Part shown: positions 15,730-29,550 of the stretch, piece after piece
Layout of the letters: each line of letters opens with the position of its first letter
How positions within the stretch are numbered: position 1 is the stretch's first letter
NCBI GenBank assembly: GCA_964016885.1
Contig: OZ024743.1
Span: 301,878,001-301,942,000 of the forward strand
DNA length: 64,000 nucleotides
Source: Eledone cirrhosa
Lineage: Eukaryota
Direction: 5' to 3'
The notes under the pieces: model-generated
What the model saw: only the letters and a program-made list of their open reading frames with translations
What the model was told of the DNA's origin: nothing
Database searches by the model: none
Made by a program: the position numbers and the translations under genes

Positions 15730-15731
<2 letters not shown>
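13114..15731 (-). mobile_element. Neptune-type Penelope-like element, 5'-truncated, with head-to-head inverted 3' arm
   Basis: Minus ORF 14010-14624 LPFLDI..TDIYNKHTDTHQYLNFKSCHPPHTKRNIPYCLARRICTIV (PLE RT thumb). GIY-YIG IYCIKCPNCEELYVRQTGNALSER on + at 14794-15195. 14845-15731 is an inverted copy of ~13147-14035. Flanked by (GA)n and (TA)n. Confidence 0.92.
13265..13303 (-). ncRNA. Minimal type I hammerhead ribozyme in pLTR
   Basis: tgaac-CTGAAGA-ttgc gaaa gcat-GAAA-gtac-TT-gttca; palindromic stem III AGTACT. Degenerate copy at 15576-15614; further copies at 44550-44588 and 44642-44680. Confidence 0.85.
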
Positions 15732-15808
<77 letters not shown>

Positions 15809-15818
15809 TATATATATA

Positions 15819-16468
<650 letters not shown>

Positions 16469-19375
16469 ATTAGTTAAGCTAAACAAGACCTCACATTTCA
16501 CAAGGAAGAGATTATTAAAAGATTGTCAACACATTTTAGTTTGATGTAAGGAATATAGAGAATAATAATAATAATAATAATATTAATAATAATAATGTCC
16601 GTTTACAATTGTTTCGCTACTCCATGTGATATTTCTGGATTAGATGACTATATATCATAATCGATCTGGTTCAGTTTAAATTAATTAACATATTTAAAAG
16701 ACAGAGCGGCTCATCGGAACTTCAGAGCAGTATAAATTAAATAATGAGAGAATGTTACAACTTCGTCAGGAGCATTAAATTTGAAAAGCATTATAGACTC
16801 AAGAATAATTTCCTCACTAAATTAGCAACAACTATAAAAAAAATTTAAAGATAGCCACCTCTTACATGTTATGTCTGACAAAACTAAAAGTCTATTCACC
16901 ATGACGCCTGAAAATTACAATTATTTCCTTCTTAAAGAACTCAATAAAAACTATAAAAAAACTATACCATCCAGTGTAAACGTACTTAACCGAAAAGCCC
17001 AGGCTTTGGTCAAGGACTTGCATCTAGAACAGATTTACCCACCCTTGTGAACCATCAACCCCAAGGTTCTCTCTCAAGTATCATAAGCCAAACTTTATAG
17101 AGAAACCATCTATTAGACTTATAAGCCCAGCCACATCTGACCTGGGCTGCATCAGTAAGAACATCTTTGATAGGATAATCCTTGGGCTACGGGATGATAT
17201 CACCTGCAAGTTGTGGTCCAACAGCAGCCAAGTCAGTAGATGGCTCTCCGATCTAAGGTCCAAGCAATCTATGAGGTTCATCCAATTTGGCATCGACAGC
17301 TATTACGTGTCAATAACCCCGGAACTGCGCAACAAAGCATTAACCCTAGCCAGCACCAACTCGGACATAGCCAATAATGAAATTAACATCATACTTATGG
17401 CTAGGCAGAGTATCATTGAATTCAACGGAGCACTCTGGACAAGAAAAGATAGAACATACAATATTGACATTACGATGGGCTCAAATGACTCCGCGCAAAT
17501 CACCGATTTAGTTGGAATTTACCTATTACATAAGATCAGAGCCGAAATCCAACCCTTGCAAGGCGGAATAAACAGGGACGACGCCCTATTTGCAATCCAC
17601 AATTGCACTAATCGGGGCATAGATTTGCTAAAAAAAACAATTACATACATTCTTTAAAAATAACGGTCTCTCTATCACCATCGAGCCGAACCATAAAGTA
17701 GTAAACTTCCTAGACGTCACCCTGGGTCTCAACAATTACCTATATTGCCCGTATCATAAACCAGGTGAAATACTCATATATATTAGCCCACACTCTAACC
17801 ACCCACCGGCAGTCATCAGAGCAGTAATCAAATCTATCTCGTATAGGATCTCAATGCTATCAGAAAATGAGTAGATATTTATAAACCATTCACAATATTA
17901 TAATAAGGCTCTTTCTGAATCTGGTTATGAACAATCAATTTCTTACATACCTAAATGCCATAACACAGCATTTCACCATAATAAATGTAACACTGGAACT
18001 AGAAATACCTTAGCATATATCCAGATTCGTGCGAAATTTAGCAGTAACAGCACCTATACAGGGAAGTTTAATGGTTGCAGCGGCCTGCTCCCCACTCCAA
18101 GTAGCAAACTAAAAATCAACCTTAGAATAGAAATGAGAAATGGAATGACAAATACAAATCCCCAGGTAATAATAACCCTAGGAAAGCCCCTACCAACTCC
18201 ACTAGAACCCCTAGAAGAAATAGACCTAGAAATATCACCTGCATTAACCCCCCATTCTCATTTAATGTAGCCACTAATGTCCCCACACGCTTCTTTTCTA
18301 TCCTATCTAAACATCCCCCCCCCCCGAACCATAGATATTACAAACTCTTTAATAAAAATAATATTAAAATCTCATTCTCCACAACACCTATCCTAGCTAG
18401 CCACATCGAATTCAGTAACCATCATAAACTAAGACAGTATAACTCCCACACCGCGGTACCACTACCCCTATCAAATACACCACGCCACTACACCAATAAT
18501 TACTCTAGTAGCACACCTCCCCCATCTAATCCTTCTAGCACTGACGTACTGCTTAGGTTAAACTACCCTACTCTCACTAACCGCAGAATCAACTGCAACT
18601 GCCGTTACCCCAATGCATGTCCATTAAATCGACACTGCCTGACACCCAACATAGTTTATAGGTGCACGGTTAAAACTGCTTCGAATACCAGCTCTTATAT
18701 CGGGTCTACCTCTAACCCTTTTAAGGTACGCTATAAAGCGCACTCTTTTTCCTTCCAAGACTCTAGCAACATATGTTCGACATCGCTAGCTAGGCTCATT
18801 AAAAACCTTAAATTGAACAAAATTCAACACTCACTAAAATGGTATATCGTAGCTGTATTATCGTAGCTCTGTATTACCGAAGCATATTACATAACTTTAT
18901 CACGACCTCTACCGATTAACGATAGAACGGAGGTAACTATTAGCTGTCAACATCGAAGGGGTAATTCCTTCACCAATAGAATATTTTACCCAACTTAGTC
19001 ATCTAGCCCCATTTTTAATTGTAGCTAATAAGTTAAATAGCTATGAACAACTTAGATAATTATAAGTTACCTCCCCTACATTGGTTCTCAATTAAAACAT
19101 TAAAATATTAGCACTTAACTATAAATACCCACAATTTCTAATCTCTCGAGGAGTTACTTCCTCTAAAACCACCCTCTAATTAGTAAGGTAAATATGTCCT
19201 TTGGCAACAATCTTGTTACCCATAGGCAGATCTCACACAATGCACCCTCGACAGATGAATACTGCTTGATTATGGCTGACAACTGATGCAACCAAGACAC
19301 CATAGTGAAAAACCAATATATGGAACATTATATTATGTAACATTATCTCATTATTTTAATTTATATTCCTTTGAA

Positions 19376-19492
19376 GTTCCGATGAGCCGCTCTGTCTTTT
19401 AAATATGTTAAATATTTTCAACTGAAAATCAATTATGATATATAGTTAGCTGATCCAGAAATATGATATTGAGTAGCGAAACAATTGTAAAC
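19376..19492 (+). ncRNA. Hammerhead ribozyme, CCGAUGA core, long loop II
   Basis: gtt-CCGATGA-gccgctc[~78 nt]gagtagc-GAAA-caattg-TA-aac; same core in the inverted copy at 16601-16720. Confidence 0.65.
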
Positions 19493-19544
19493 GGACATTA
19501 TTATTATTAATATTATTATTATTATTATTGTTGTTGTTGTTATT

Positions 19545-20027
19545 CCTTGAATCTCAGTCATTGATGTTGGTTAACTGGAAAGTCCGTTGGAATGAATATC
19601 AAGCCACTACCTGCAGCCTCAGATATTCAGGACGTATCGGAGGGTTCTTGCTGTTCCAAGCAAGCATGCCTTTTGAAGCGTTCCAAAAAGCGTGAAGGGG
19701 CCGATTTTCTTTAACCATCCCTGGAAACTTTTGGAGATAGTCCCCAGTGCGCCTATGACAATCGGGATCACTTTGACTTCATGGCAGTTCCAAATCCTTT
19801 TTCCCCTCCCACTTTAGGTCCAGGTATCGGTTAATTTTCTCCCTCTCCTTCTCTTGCACTCTCGTGTCGAACGGGCAGGCCACATCCACAATCAGGCACG
19901 ATCTTTTTTCTTTGTCCACAACCACCAGGTCAGGTCTATTGTGTTCCAGTTTTTTGTCCGCCTGTATCCTAAAATCCCACAGCACCTTCACCTGATTGTT
20001 CTCCATCACCGCCTCTGGCCTATGCTC

Positions 20028-20028
<1 letters not shown>
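19545..20028 (-). mobile_element. R4/Dong-clade non-LTR retrotransposon 3' fragment (RLE endonuclease)
   Basis: KVLWDFRIQADKKLEHNRPDLVVVDK..CLIVDVACPFD..KEREKINRYLDL (PD..D/ExK RLE motif); flanked by (TTA)n on both sides. Confidence 0.85.
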
Positions 20029-20086
<58 letters not shown>

Positions 20087-20364
20087 TCTACATCAAAATA
20101 TAATATGTTGACAATATTTTAATAATGTCTTCCTTGTGAAATGTGTGGTCTTGTTTAGCTTAACTAATGAATATTTCCAGCAGTGCGCACCTAACTTCTG
20201 CATGAACCCAGCGACCTATCTGTTTTCTACCGCATTTGCACATTGAGCACATGCCTTTCGTTTTGGCTTCTAACTAATTCATCAATCTCTCCTCTCATAT
20301 CTCCTCTCCTATCTCCATCTCTCTCTATAAGATTGGTTAATCTTGCACTGTATATATATATATA

Positions 20365-20735
20365 TATATTTGAAAAAAGGGAAAATAATAACTTCACTAG
20401 TAGTGTTAAAAAATGTTTTTTGTTTAATTTTATATTATAATATTATGAGTTGGTAGATCCAGTAAGTTCTTTGTTATCTTCGGTGGGAAGAATTTTTGGG
20501 ATTCCTGGTTAACTTGGGTTGGAGAACTTTCTCGCATTCGTCTGTCGCTGGCGAATGTCAAACTGAGAGAAAGTTCTCCAACACAAGTTAACCAGGAATC
20601 TCTAAAGTTTTCTTACCGAAGATCTACCCATTCATAATATTACAATATTATAAAATTAAATTAATAAACTGTTAACACTATAAGCGAACTCATTCTTTTC
20701 CTTCTTTTCAAATATATCTAGGATCTCACACATTA
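20365..20735. mobile_element. Diverged foldback mini-element adjoining (TA)n
   Basis: ~20367-20533 is an imperfect reverse complement of ~20567-20716 (gattcctggttaacttg..ttggagaactttctc / gagaaagttctccaa..caagttaaccaggaatc). Confidence 0.75.
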
Positions 20736-20749
20736 TCCAATATATATCC

Positions 20750-21280
20750 AATACTACTGTACGTCTGTATACATATATGTATGTACGTATACATACTTAT
20801 ATTTATATATATATAAATATAAGTATGTATACGTACATACATATATGTATACAGACGTACAGTAGTATGTATATACATACATACATGCACAAACAGCCCG
20901 AATTAGTAGCCGTACAGTGTTCGGCAACCATCGTTGCCTTTTTGTTCAACACTGACTAAGGAACGATGAACAAGTTTCTAGCTTGTAAGCTCTCATCAGC
21001 ACCGTCAGTCGATTGATCGTTGAAAGTATATACTTTCTTATGCATATTAACGGCTTAGCAGCCTAATTTGCATTTCTACTGAGTTAGTCGGCCGGGTGTA
21101 CGGAAAACGATAAATGGAAAAAATGAAATTTCATTTCTCAATCTTAGTACGGCTGATACTTAAATATAAGTGTGTATACGTACACACATATATGTATACT
21201 GACCTACACTAGTAGCCGTTAATATGCACAAGGAAAGCCGTACTTAGTGTGAGAAATGAAGTGTCATTTTTTCCATTTAT
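20750..21280 (-). mobile_element. Retrozyme-like family C copy with short inverted end
   Basis: Homologous to 25550-26560 and 29904-31103; HHR at 20963-21005 (acggtg-CTGATGA-gagcttacaagcta-GAAA-cttg-TT-catcgt). Confidence 0.8.
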
Positions 21281-21496
21281 ATATATATATAAATCATAGA
21301 AACAAAAAGAGAATCAGTGTTGCTACGAATGGAATTTGTTGGACATATTACAATTGTTTATCTGGCGACAAACTCGAGGCACGATCGATGTGATGATCGA
21401 ACCTGACTCTGAAAATCGCAAGGTCCTCAGATACGTCTTGATTCTACGAAACAGATATTCCTATATGACGCTCTAAGCATCCAACACCAATTATAC

Positions 21497-21657
<161 letters not shown>

Positions 21658-21977
21658 GAAACATATCTTAGATGTGTGTATCATCTGAAATAGTTCTATT
21701 CGATGAAAATAAACAACTTCTAACGATTGACATTCATTCATTTGCACGATACCTTAGCTTGGAAATGCATGTCATTTTATAGTTTCCTTCGCGGTTAGGA
21801 CAAGGTGAGTGAGAGAGAGAGTGAAATATTGAAGATAATTTCAACAACGCTTGAAAATGTATATCTATTTCGAATTCATCGTAGTTTGAACGTGAGAAAG
21901 CATGCAAAATCTGTATTTAAATAAGCCAATGGGACAAAACTGTAGTAACGAAATATATATATATATATATATATATA

Positions 21978-22113
21978 TTATGAAAATAAACCAAAGAAGC
22001 CTTCAATACATCAAAAGTCTTTATTAACCAACAATGTTTCGTCTGAAATCGTTCATCAGAGGTTAAAAATGACTTTTGATGTATTGACGGCTTCTTTGGT
22101 TTATTTTCATAAT
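21978..22113. mobile_element. Small foldback element with a hammerhead-like motif in the spacer
   Basis: Arms ttatgaaaataaaccaaagaagcc..atcaaaagtc / gacttttgat..gcttctttggtttattttcataa; minus-strand spacer ttaacct-CTGATGA-acgatttcagac-GAAA-cattg-TT-ggttaa. Confidence 0.7.
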
Positions 22114-22222
22114 TCTTCGGCTCTGTTTAATTACATTGAGCTATACTGATACTGTCATTTCTATAATACGAAGAGGGTGTTTAACTCCAACACACTCTAG
22201 TATTTTAATTCTTATTTTAATT

Positions 22223-22293
<71 letters not shown>

Positions 22294-22718
22294 GAAGTAT
22301 TTATGTACATGTATGATACAGAGATATTTAAATGTGTAATAAACAACACAATACAATTATTCCATTTACCAAAGATTTCGCGAAGAGAGGTGAGCTAAAT
22401 AGAGACGTCTGAAATCGTTCATCAGAGGTTAATAATGAATAAGGATATAGGATATGAAATTAATAACAAAGGCTATTACAATTGAAAGCGAGGCTGAAAT
22501 AGAGTAAACATAAAAAAAAAACATGAAACGCATTAAAATAACGGGAAAAATATACACAATGATGCAGAACTTATGGTTAGTGTGTAAAAATAAATACATA
22601 TCTATCCACACACATATACGTACACATACACACACACACATACACAAACACACACGCATACACACACGCACACACACACGCACACACACGCACACATACA
22701 CACATACACACACACACA

Positions 22719-22748
<30 letters not shown>

Positions 22749-22752
<4 letters not shown>

Positions 22753-22938
22753 AACGAGTAGGACCCCGAGTCTGAGCTCAAGCCGTTTCGACGGCTAATT
22801 TGGTCCAGAATTAGCCGTCGAAACGGCTTGAGTTCGGCCGTCGGGGACATACTCGTTCCTATTACCCACTCTACTACCCTAAGTATTGAGTAATTTGGTG
22901 CGTTATGGTCTACCTGGTTCCTTACCACATTTCCTTTG

Positions 22939-22940
<2 letters not shown>
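22749..22940 (+). mobile_element. Foldback element with 3' half of a hammerhead plus tail
   Basis: 22749-22862 is a palindrome; GAAA-cggc-ttgagttcg-gccg-TC forms a true stem III with GUC. The tail resembles 140-197. Confidence 0.65.
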
Positions 22941-22978
<38 letters not shown>

Positions 22979-23034
22979 TTGCAGATAGAGACAGAGTATG
23001 TAATGATCATGAAAGTTGGGAGAGATTGAGAGGA

Positions 23035-23401
<367 letters not shown>

Positions 23402-25482
23402 GTAAATATGGATATAGATATATCGATGGAGAGTGTCGGATGGCTTAATGTCTAACTATATATAAACTATGTGTAGAAATATACGACACTGAATCAGACA
23501 CTCTCAAATACGAGCGCACGCATACACACACATACATATATAATCTTCGGAATTTAATCTCCACACTTATTATTATTATATACAGATATACGAATAGAAT
23601 TTTACGACTCTGTCACTTGACAGATTTAAGAGAAATGTAATAATGATTTATCGTATGTAACTTAAAGATTAATTATATTTAGACCGAATTATTTTAAACA
23701 TCATATCAGAAACTTCCGTTATTTTACAAAATGATCAATTAGTATACCTTCTATTATCTAGATTATTTTTTTAGTACCGAAAATAAATTCAGTCCGATCA
23801 AAGAAATCATTTAATGTAGCAAACTAATGTTTATTCTATTCCAATACCTATTTATCAACAATAACAATAATAAAGAGAATATTTAATCGGATTTATGAAT
23901 AAGAAATGAGGCAGCAACACAATGTTGCTACATTATGAATAGCCATTTAACATAAGGATTAACAGTATTTAATATAAGCAATAGGTTTTAGTAACGTATA
24001 TTATCCCAATATTCCATATATAAATCAAACTGATAAAAAAGAAAAACTTACTTTCGACTTTTATTGCTCAAACACATATGTGGATTCCTTATTTTTGTCT
24101 CTTCCTAAAAATTTGGATATAAATCTTGGATAGACTTGCATACATCTCTGTTACATTTGACTCGAATTGAATCCTTGCATGTAATGGTAAAATGTTAAAA
24201 AGAAATGTGTTCTACGGGTTATATTGTTGGCATATACAATCTTATAAATATTGTCTTTTTTCTCTTATAGTAAATTACTTCAATATGCGCTCTTGTTATT
24301 TGCGTTTTGCGACCAGTTTTGAGCTCGAAGGTCATATTTTATTCATAGCGATTATTAGACTATTCAGCATGTCAATTCTAAATATTGTATTACGTTCCTT
24401 GAGTGAGTTTTGTGATGTTATATTGCTAAAAAAGAATCAATACTGCGGCAAGTTATTGTAACATTTTTTTAGTTCATCTTCGTAAGATTTTCGAAGTAGT
24501 GAAAACATGTAAATCATAGAAAAACGAAGTAATGCGGTTTGATATATGCAACTTGTTATCGAACTAATTATAATGATATCCGATACCCTAATAATATATT
24601 GGCATGCTGTTTAATCAGAATATGGTGAACATCAACCTATTCCTACACAGATGTTTTAGCTAAATACATCAGGTATATATATACAAATGGAAGTTTAGTA
24701 AAATCGAATTTTCCGCTGTAGCCAAGGGAACGAAATACAATTAGGAATTATGCAGCCAAGCACACAGCTGTGCTCAGAGTAATAACATGCGTTAGATAGC
24801 AGGACAAATTGAAAACTGTGGCAGGCAAGCCTAGCCACAACCGCAAAGTTACGAAAAAACTTTCAGGTTAAATAACAAATCTGGAGCATATCGGAGCCAC
24901 AGCTCCGTGCTTCCGATAGGTTTCTATGAAACCAAATCAGCGATCCTTCTTGCGCATGTATGTAAGTTTTGGTGTTTTACGACAAAACTGAGGATCCATG
25001 TTCTCAAGAGGTGTATATATCAACAGGTGTATATACACACAGTCATACATACATAGATACATATTTACATATATAAGTGATCAGGCATATATTCTCTTTG
25101 AGTTAAATTTACGCGTGACTAGATATTGAAAATTACTACATTCAGTTGGGATCAGTAATGGATGTGAAATAAGGCCATATGGATATTTCCATTACAGGGA
25201 CGAGAACGCCCACTGACGACTTACTTTGCCGCCAATTTATGCAATGTATACTAACATTAACCAGGATTCTGTTCATGCGTGTTCCACTCGAAACGATCCC
25301 AGCAGATGGGAATCATAGAAAATGAAGCATCGTTCGATGTATATCAATTATCTTAACCACACGAAGTCGTTTTCTTCTGTGATTAGTGTAAGGGTATCAT
25401 CTAACATGGTGGATTTGAATTGTAATAACACGAACTTAATTGCATTATTGGGAGACTGACTAAATGACTGAAGTTGTGTCTC

Positions 25483-25549
<67 letters not shown>

Positions 25550-26562
25550 AATAGAACAAATGAAACGACATTTCATTTCTCATTCTTAGTACGGCTGTTA
25601 CTTAAATTTAAGTATGTAAACGTACATATGTATATGTATACAGACGTACAGTAGTATCTATATATATATATACATACATGCACACATATATATATATATA
25701 TGTACGTATGGATTTACCGAACATTTATTACAATGCCCGGTTTGTTTGTAAACAAACATCCCGAATTACGCCGTACAGTGTCTAGCAACCATCGTTGCCC
25801 TTTTGTTCAACACTGACAAAGGAACGATGTACTAGTTTCAAGCTTGTTCGCTATCGTCAGCACTGTATACTTTCCTGCCACGTGATTGAACGTCTGAAAG
25901 TATATTCTTTCCTTATGCATATTAACGACTGAGCAGTCTAATTTGCATATCGAGTGAGTTAATCGGCCGAGCGCACTGAAAACGATAAACGGAAAAAATG
26001 AAACGAAATTTCATTTCTCACTCTTAGTACGGCTGTTACTTAAATATAAGTATGTATACGTACATACATATATATATACAGCCGTACAATAGTATGTATA
26101 TATATATATATATACATACATGAACACACATATATATGTACGTATGGATTTATAGAACATTTATTATTTTCCATTTATCGTTTTCCATTTATTTTTTCCA
26201 TTTACGGTCTTCTGTGCGCCCGGCCGATTATCTCATTCGATATGCAAATGTGGCTGCTCAGCCGTTAATATGCATAAGGAAAGTATATACTTTCAGACGT
26301 TCAATCATCTGGCCGGAAGGTATACGGTGCTGACGATAGCTAATAATCCTTTGTCAGTGTTGAAAAAAAGGGCAACGATGGTTGCTAAACACTATGTGGC
26401 TTAATTCGGGATGTTTGTTTACAAACACACAGAGCATTCGAATAAATGTTCGGTAAATCCATACGCATATATATATATATATATATATGTGTGCATGTGT
26501 GTATATATATACATATGACCGTACGTTTGTATACATATATGTATGTACGTATACATACTTAT
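25550..26562. mobile_element. Retrozyme-like family C: ~1.4 tandem units (-) plus inverted partial unit (+)
   Basis: tgaaacga(c/a)atttcatttctca recurs at 25561 and 25999 (unit ~438 bp). HHR at 25824-25866 (-). Inversion at ~26168; the + arm HHR has an internal deletion. Confidence 0.85.
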
Positions 26563-26585
26563 ATATATATATATATATATATATT

Positions 26586-26992
26586 TCGTTTCTGAATTTG
26601 TTTAGCAAGATTCTTTATCTGAAATCGTGTGTTGAAACCGATATTGTTATACTTTGGGAGGGTCATGTTGCCAATAAGAAACACACGCACCAGTTGCTTC
26701 CACTTCAATTTATTATATATTTATAAATTTATAAATTTACAAATTTACAAACCTATAAATTTCTGGTTGGTTGGTTGGTTCCACAACCAGATAGTTGTTT
26801 ATATATACTCATAGTCCTTTCGTCACACACTCTGTGACCTCTTCAGTGACTGGGGATTCCTTTCCTTTGTTTCTGTGCCTTTCCTTTCTTCTATCCTACG
26901 CCATTTTGTTTCTGTGTGTGTGTTGTGTGCTCAGTTTGCGCATGCGCCACATCCGGGTGTCTGTGTGTGTTTGTGTTCATTTATCCATTTGT

Positions 26993-27023
<31 letters not shown>

Positions 27024-27540
27024 TTTTATTTATTTATTTATTTATTTATTGTTGGTTGGTTGTTTGTTCTATGTGTGTGTGTGTTTTCATTTTGTCCTGT
27101 GTGTGTTTTCAATTTGTCCTTAATTGTAGGTTGTTTGTTCTATGTGTGTGTGTGTTATCATTTTGTCCTGTGTGTGTTTTCATTTTGTCCTTAATTGTAA
27201 GTTGTGATGTTGCTGTTCCACTCATATCGGATGTGGCGTATGCGCAAACTGAGCACACAACACACACACAGAAACAAAATGACGTAGGATAGGAGAAAGG
27301 AAAGGCACAGAAACAAAGGAAAGGAATCCCCAGTCACTGAAGAGGTCACATAGTGTGTGACGAAAGGACTATGACTATATATAAACAACTATCTGGTTGT
27401 GGAACCAACCAAGCAACCAGAAATTTATAGGTTTGTAAATTTGTAAATTTATAAATTTATAAGTATATAATAAATTGAAGTGAAAGCAACTGGTGCGTGT
27501 GTTTCTTATTGGCAACATGACCCTCCCAAAGTATAACAAT
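26586..27540. mobile_element. Family B foldback element (~310-bp inverted arms, ~270-bp spacer, one-sided tail)
   Basis: 26642-26955 is the reverse complement of 27228-27540; hammerhead in both arms; (TA)n on both flanks. Confidence 0.88.
27332..27376 (+). ncRNA. Type I hammerhead ribozyme (family B)
   Basis: agtca-CTGAAGA-ggtcaca tagtg tgtgac-GAAA-ggac-TA-tgact; perfect 5-bp stem I; copies at ~26807-26851 (-) and 33874-33916 (+). Confidence 0.8.
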
Positions 27541-28579
27541 ATATATATATATATATACATACAAATGGATAGATAGATAGATAGATAGATATATAGATAT
27601 ATATATATATATACATACATATATACATACATACACACACATATGCACACACATACGCACACATACACACACACATATATAACTATATATATACATTCGT
27701 GTTCAATTGCTTATCATCGTCAACTGAATTCCTGAAAGTAAAATACATGTGTCTTTCTCGCAGTATGTCTTCTGTGTATTATTCAGACATCCATTTACTG
27801 TTCCGCCTTTATTGAATAACATCCACCTGGTTCTAAACCACTTCACATCCCAGACACGGGAAGATTCTTCACACATATCTTTAGCAATAATTCCTGTGGG
27901 AGTAAACTCCACCTAAATCCAAGATAACATTTTCTTGTGTACTCCACTTGCTACGACACATACAAAACTATTTACAACATCACGTCAGATCAATACACAT
28001 GCTCTTTCTCAGCTGCTTATTACAATTAAATGCGATCAGTAAATTACGTTAGATGTATCATGGGTTATTGAAAAGCGAACTTATTTGATGTAGAGAATTT
28101 TATCTTTTATTGTTATGTGAATAAGCAGCACATTTTGCTGAGTTTTTTTCTTTCCCACGTATTTTGTAACACAAACTATATTAAAAGGATAGTGGTGAAA
28201 GTAGTAAAATATAATTCCATGAAATGATGATGAATATATTTCTCTTGCTCACAGTAAACATATAATATGCTTTCAATAGGCTGTTATAATTATATAGTCA
28301 TTCTACCTTTTAAAGCGTGAAGATTCTTTGAAATATTTTACTACATTATGTTTGCATTTTATTATAGATTTCAATAACCACAATTTAATAACTTTTCAGA
28401 AAATGGTATAGTAAATATTTAAGGACTACAAATATACTCTATTTAAAGTGATTCAGGTAAGTTCAGAGATGTCCCCCCCCCCACACACACACATACGCAC
28501 ACGCATACATGCACATACAACCATACACGCTCACACGCAAAGACACAAGCACACACTGTGGGTGGGTGTCCGCATATGG

Positions 28580-28615
<36 letters not shown>

Positions 28616-29550
28616 CACGTGGGATACATACTATCTCAGGAAATTCAACGAAGACGGTCGCATCAAATATTGCCGCTCATAGACTTTCTGGTGGGTGTCA
28701 TGATAGTTTCAGATGCTTCGGAATACATGGCTATACTACCACTGTATGGATGCATGACGTTACACATGTATGTACTTGTGGCGACGTCTCTTTCATTATA
28801 TCTAAGTTTTGCAGCATAGAAATATGTTTCTAACAGTATTGGCTATGTACCAAACGAGTTATATTTTGACCAAACATTTAATTGCTTATTGGTAAATAGT
28901 TTCTTTGTTTTCGACACATATCTAATACGACAGTGAATGATATATATAACAATATGTGGGACAAATAGGATAATAGAAAATAGCTTCTGATTAACAGCAT
29001 ATCTCAACTACGGTGCACAGATGAGATAACAAAATATTTGTTTGGATATATTCATTGAAAAGACTGCACCATTTAATGTGTCTTATATGGCCTCCACAAG
29101 CGACGTGATACACTCATCATGATCCGGTTGAGAAGAACCACATTGTTGTATTCAATGGCATTGGTTGACTGAAATAGTGTGACGCTCAAAATAGTTGGCC
29201 TTTATTTATTTACCATAAAACTACGATCATTGAGGCTATTCCCGGATTGATAATCATTATACGTACGTTCAAAATGAAGAATAATTGACCAAACGTGTAA
29301 CAATCCTAAACATAGAGACTCATTACAATGATATTTTTCCAAATTGCATGGTATGCGAGTGAATGATTTTAGTCACAATATAGTATTACATCTACAGTAA
29401 AATTACAACGGTGCATGGACAAAGAGAACAATACTCAAGGCATAGTTGATGATATTGGTCTCATCATCGAGAAAGCTGACAGTCGATGTTGTTATCGCTT
29501 GATCTTATTTCACAGCTATGTGGGAGGGAATGTATGTATGTATATATATA

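Larger units (their letters stand above)
16466..20172 (+). mobile_element. Nematis-type Penelope-like element with inverted pLTRs (decayed ORF ~16750-18975)
   Basis: FIQFGIDSYY, DITMGSNDSAQITDLVGIYLL, GINRDDAL, VNFLDVTL, SNHPP, CNCRYPNACPLNRHCL..IVYRC..SYIGSTSNPFKVRY. 16466-16724 is an inverted copy of 19372-19530 + 20085-20172. Confidence 0.92.

Noticed and set aside
19188-19225. GT..AG mini-intron in the PLE pLTR
   Set aside because: Only 38 nt; too short to call without transcript data.
24722-24966. Possible plus-strand exon ending at gtaagt
   Set aside because: Weak acceptor and no recognisable peptide.
26615-26640. ctgaaatcgtgtgttgaaac in the family B tail as a hammerhead
   Set aside because: Lacks CUGANGA and stems; the real family B HHR is at 27332-27376.
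27700-27970. Possible RT remnant on the minus strand
   Set aside because: Only vague similarity to RT motifs; cannot be supported by eye.
28400-28462. ttttcAG ... CAG|GTAAGT candidate 57-nt plus-strand exon
   Set aside because: Stop codons in all three frames; no partner exons recognised.
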